Positions 62,240-64,000 of a stretch of 64,000 nt of DNA are shown here, piece after piece. The position numbers and the translations under genes were made by a program. The stretch is from Squalus acanthias (lineage: Eukaryota): NCBI GenBank assembly GCA_030390025.1, contig CM059431.1, positions 148,740,001-148,804,000 on the forward strand. Reading direction: 5' to 3'. The notes under the pieces were generated by a model that was not told the origin of the DNA, ran no database searches, and saw nothing but the letters and a program-made list of their open reading frames with translations. Every line of letters starts with the position of its first letter. Position 1 is the stretch's first letter.

Positions 62240-62646
62240 GGGTCGGTAGCATAGTGGTTATGTTGCTGGACTAGTAAACCAGATGCCTGAACGAATGATC
62301 CTGAGTTCAAATCCCACAGCTGGGGAATTTAATTTCAAATAATTAAACAAATCTGGAATTCAAAATAACTGTCAGTAATTGTACCATGAAACTACCGGAT
62401 TGTCGTAAAACACATCTGGTTCACTAATGTCCTTCAGGGAAGGAAATCTGCCGTCGTTACCCATTCTGGACGAAATGTGACTGCAAACTCACAGCAATGT
62501 GGTTGACTATTAAGTATCCTCTGAAATGGCCTAGCAATCCACTCAGTTGTTTGAGCTGGCTCACCGCCACCTTCTCCAGGGCAATTAGGGATGGACAATA
62601 AATGCTGGACATGCCTGCGACGTCCACATTCCAGGAATGAATAAAT
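62240..62646 (+). mobile_element. tRNA-derived SINE, same family as 6945-7319
   Basis: A-box-like tagcatagtgg, ctggactagtaa, B-box gagttcaaatcc, cacagcaatgtggttgact and the LINE-type tail gggcaattagggatggacaataaatgctgg. Confidence 0.88.
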
Positions 62647-62671
62647 TAATGATTTATAAAGGTTTAGAATG

Positions 62672-63232
62672 TTGTAACCATAACAGCCATCTTTGTTCGG
62701 GGCGCCAGAGCCGCTATCTTTGTAAGGAACGCTAGAGCCGCCATCTTTTTTAGGGGCGCCAGGACCGCTATTTTTGTGAGGGGCACCGGTGCCGCCATCT
62801 TTTTTAGGGGAGCCACCATCGTTTTTCGGGAGCCCAGATCCGCCATCTTAGTTACGGGCGCCAGGGCCGGTATCTATTTTAGGGGCGCCAGAGCCGCCAT
62901 CTTTGTGCGGGACACCGGAGCCGCCATCCTTGTTATGGGCGCCGGAGTAAGAATTTTTGTGCGTGAGAACCAAGCCGACATTTTTGGGCAATGCAACGGA
63001 GCCGCCATCATTGATCGGAACCCCGGGGGGTGCCTTGTTAGTGCTGGGCGTCGGGTCCGCCATATTTGCGTTGTGCGCCTGGGCCGCCATCATTGTGCGG
63101 AATGCCAGGGCCGCCAACTTTGTGCGGAGCGCCAGGGCCGCCATCTTTGTACTGTGCGCCGGGGCTGTCATCATTGTGCAGTGCGCCAGGGCCGCCAACT
63201 TTGTGCGGTGCGCCGGGGCCACCATCTTGATT
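62672..63232. repeat. CpG-rich 27-bp minisatellite carrying CCGCCATCTT (YY1-type) motifs
   Basis: The unit is ccgccatctttgtgaggggcgccagag, giving a 9-aa repeat in minus-strand ORFs (KMAALAP..). Exact CCGCCATCTT occurs at ~62738, 62792, 62840, 62894 and 63138. Confidence 0.88.
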
Positions 63233-63306
63233 ATGTGAATTTCGCCGCCGGCTCGCCGCAATATGAGGCCCAGGGAGCTCTGAGGCTACAAAGACTGCGC
63301 TTTACA

Positions 63307-63999
63307 TCATCCTTTAATGAATTTTACAATTAGAGAAAACGGATATTTCCCCACATTCTTCAACTGCTCTCTGAACTTGGTCTGGGTCACCGTGTAAATT
63401 CCAGTGTTTGTGCAGCAACTCAGCAGCTGCAGCATCAATCCAAATTCCTGTAAATAAAGAGGTGGACTTACAGACCGAAACTCCATATACCACATTCGGT
63501 TCCATATAGCAGACACCATAAACGCTGCCCATAACAGGATGAAGTTGCCCGAGATAACAAGAAGTAAAATTATGGATTTCCTGCGGCTCTCCATCTCTGG
63601 GTCTCTGGGACTCTCCCCACTGCTGGGACCCCGGAGTCTCCTGCGGGCTCTGCTGACCACTAAAATGTGTCTGACCGTGACAGCATTGAGCAGCAGAATC
63701 ACAAAAAATGGGACCCCCGGGGTGAGAATATAATGAAGGAACTCGATTGTTCCCCAGACCCTTGACATCCAAAAATTGATTGTTACATCACAAAACCAGG
63801 GGAGGTTCATAAGCTGATACCGATCTGTGAAAATAAAATACCAGAAAATGTTCTTTGAACCGCTCAGCACAGTCACTGTCCACAGAACCACAGCCGCCGT
63901 TTTCTCGGTGCAATAATGAGTTTTAAGCTTCTGGCGACAAATGGCCACAAATCGATCAAAGGTGAAAGTGACGGTGAACCATACAGAACAGTCTGTGGC
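63307..63999 (-). CDS. GPR139/GPR142-like class A GPCR, 3' part (TM3-TM7); the 5' end lies beyond the window
   Basis: An open 231-codon frame from the window edge: ATDCSVWFTVTFTFDRFVAIC...YCTEKTAAVV...LTPGVPFFVILLLNAVTVRHI...RRKSIILLLVISGNFILLW...LQLLSCCTNTGIYTVTQTKFREQL, with TGA at 63307-63309. Confidence 0.9.
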   Translation of the reverse strand, partial: ATDCSVWFTVTFTFDRFVAICRQKLKTHYCTEKTAAVVLWTVTVLSGSKNIFWYFIFTDRYQLMNLPWFCDVTINFWMSRVWGTIEFLHYILTPGVPFFVILLLNAVTVRHILVVSRARRRLRGPSSGESPRDPEMESRRKSIILLLVISGNFILLWAAFMVSAIWNRMWYMEFRSVSPPLYLQEFGLMLQLLSCCTNTGIYTVTQTKFREQLKNVGKYPFSLIVKFIKG

Positions 64000-64000
64000 T

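Noticed and set aside
62776..63333. 185-aa and 137-aa repeat ORFs
   Set aside because: They are translations of the 27-bp minisatellite, with no domain evidence.

Overview
Vertebrate genomic DNA, most likely from a cartilaginous fish (inferred from the CR1/L2/DeuSINE/Penelope repeat complement and a GPR139-like receptor). The great majority of the window is repeat. In order: a GA-rich tract (1-2.3 kb); an ~80-82-bp satellite (2.9-40.3 kb) organised into higher-order blocks by a ~0.9-kb non-satellite cassette repeated six times; then a mosaic of decayed CR1 and L2 LINEs, SINEs and many minisatellites, three of which are visibly built from pieces of retroelements. Protein-coding signal other than LINE ORFs is limited to the 3' part of a GPR139-like class A GPCR (minus strand, cut by the window end) and an isolated ABCG-type transporter exon at 48.5-48.7 kb that the ORF track missed. 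Other points: a divergent pair of tRNA-Lys(CTT) relics flanking a CR1-derived 98-bp array, a Penelope-type fragment with a hammerhead ribozyme core, and a CpG-rich 27-bp array of YY1-type motifs just past the GPCR stop codon. All family assignments come from motif recognition by eye, not database searches. No complete novel multi-gene system is supported.
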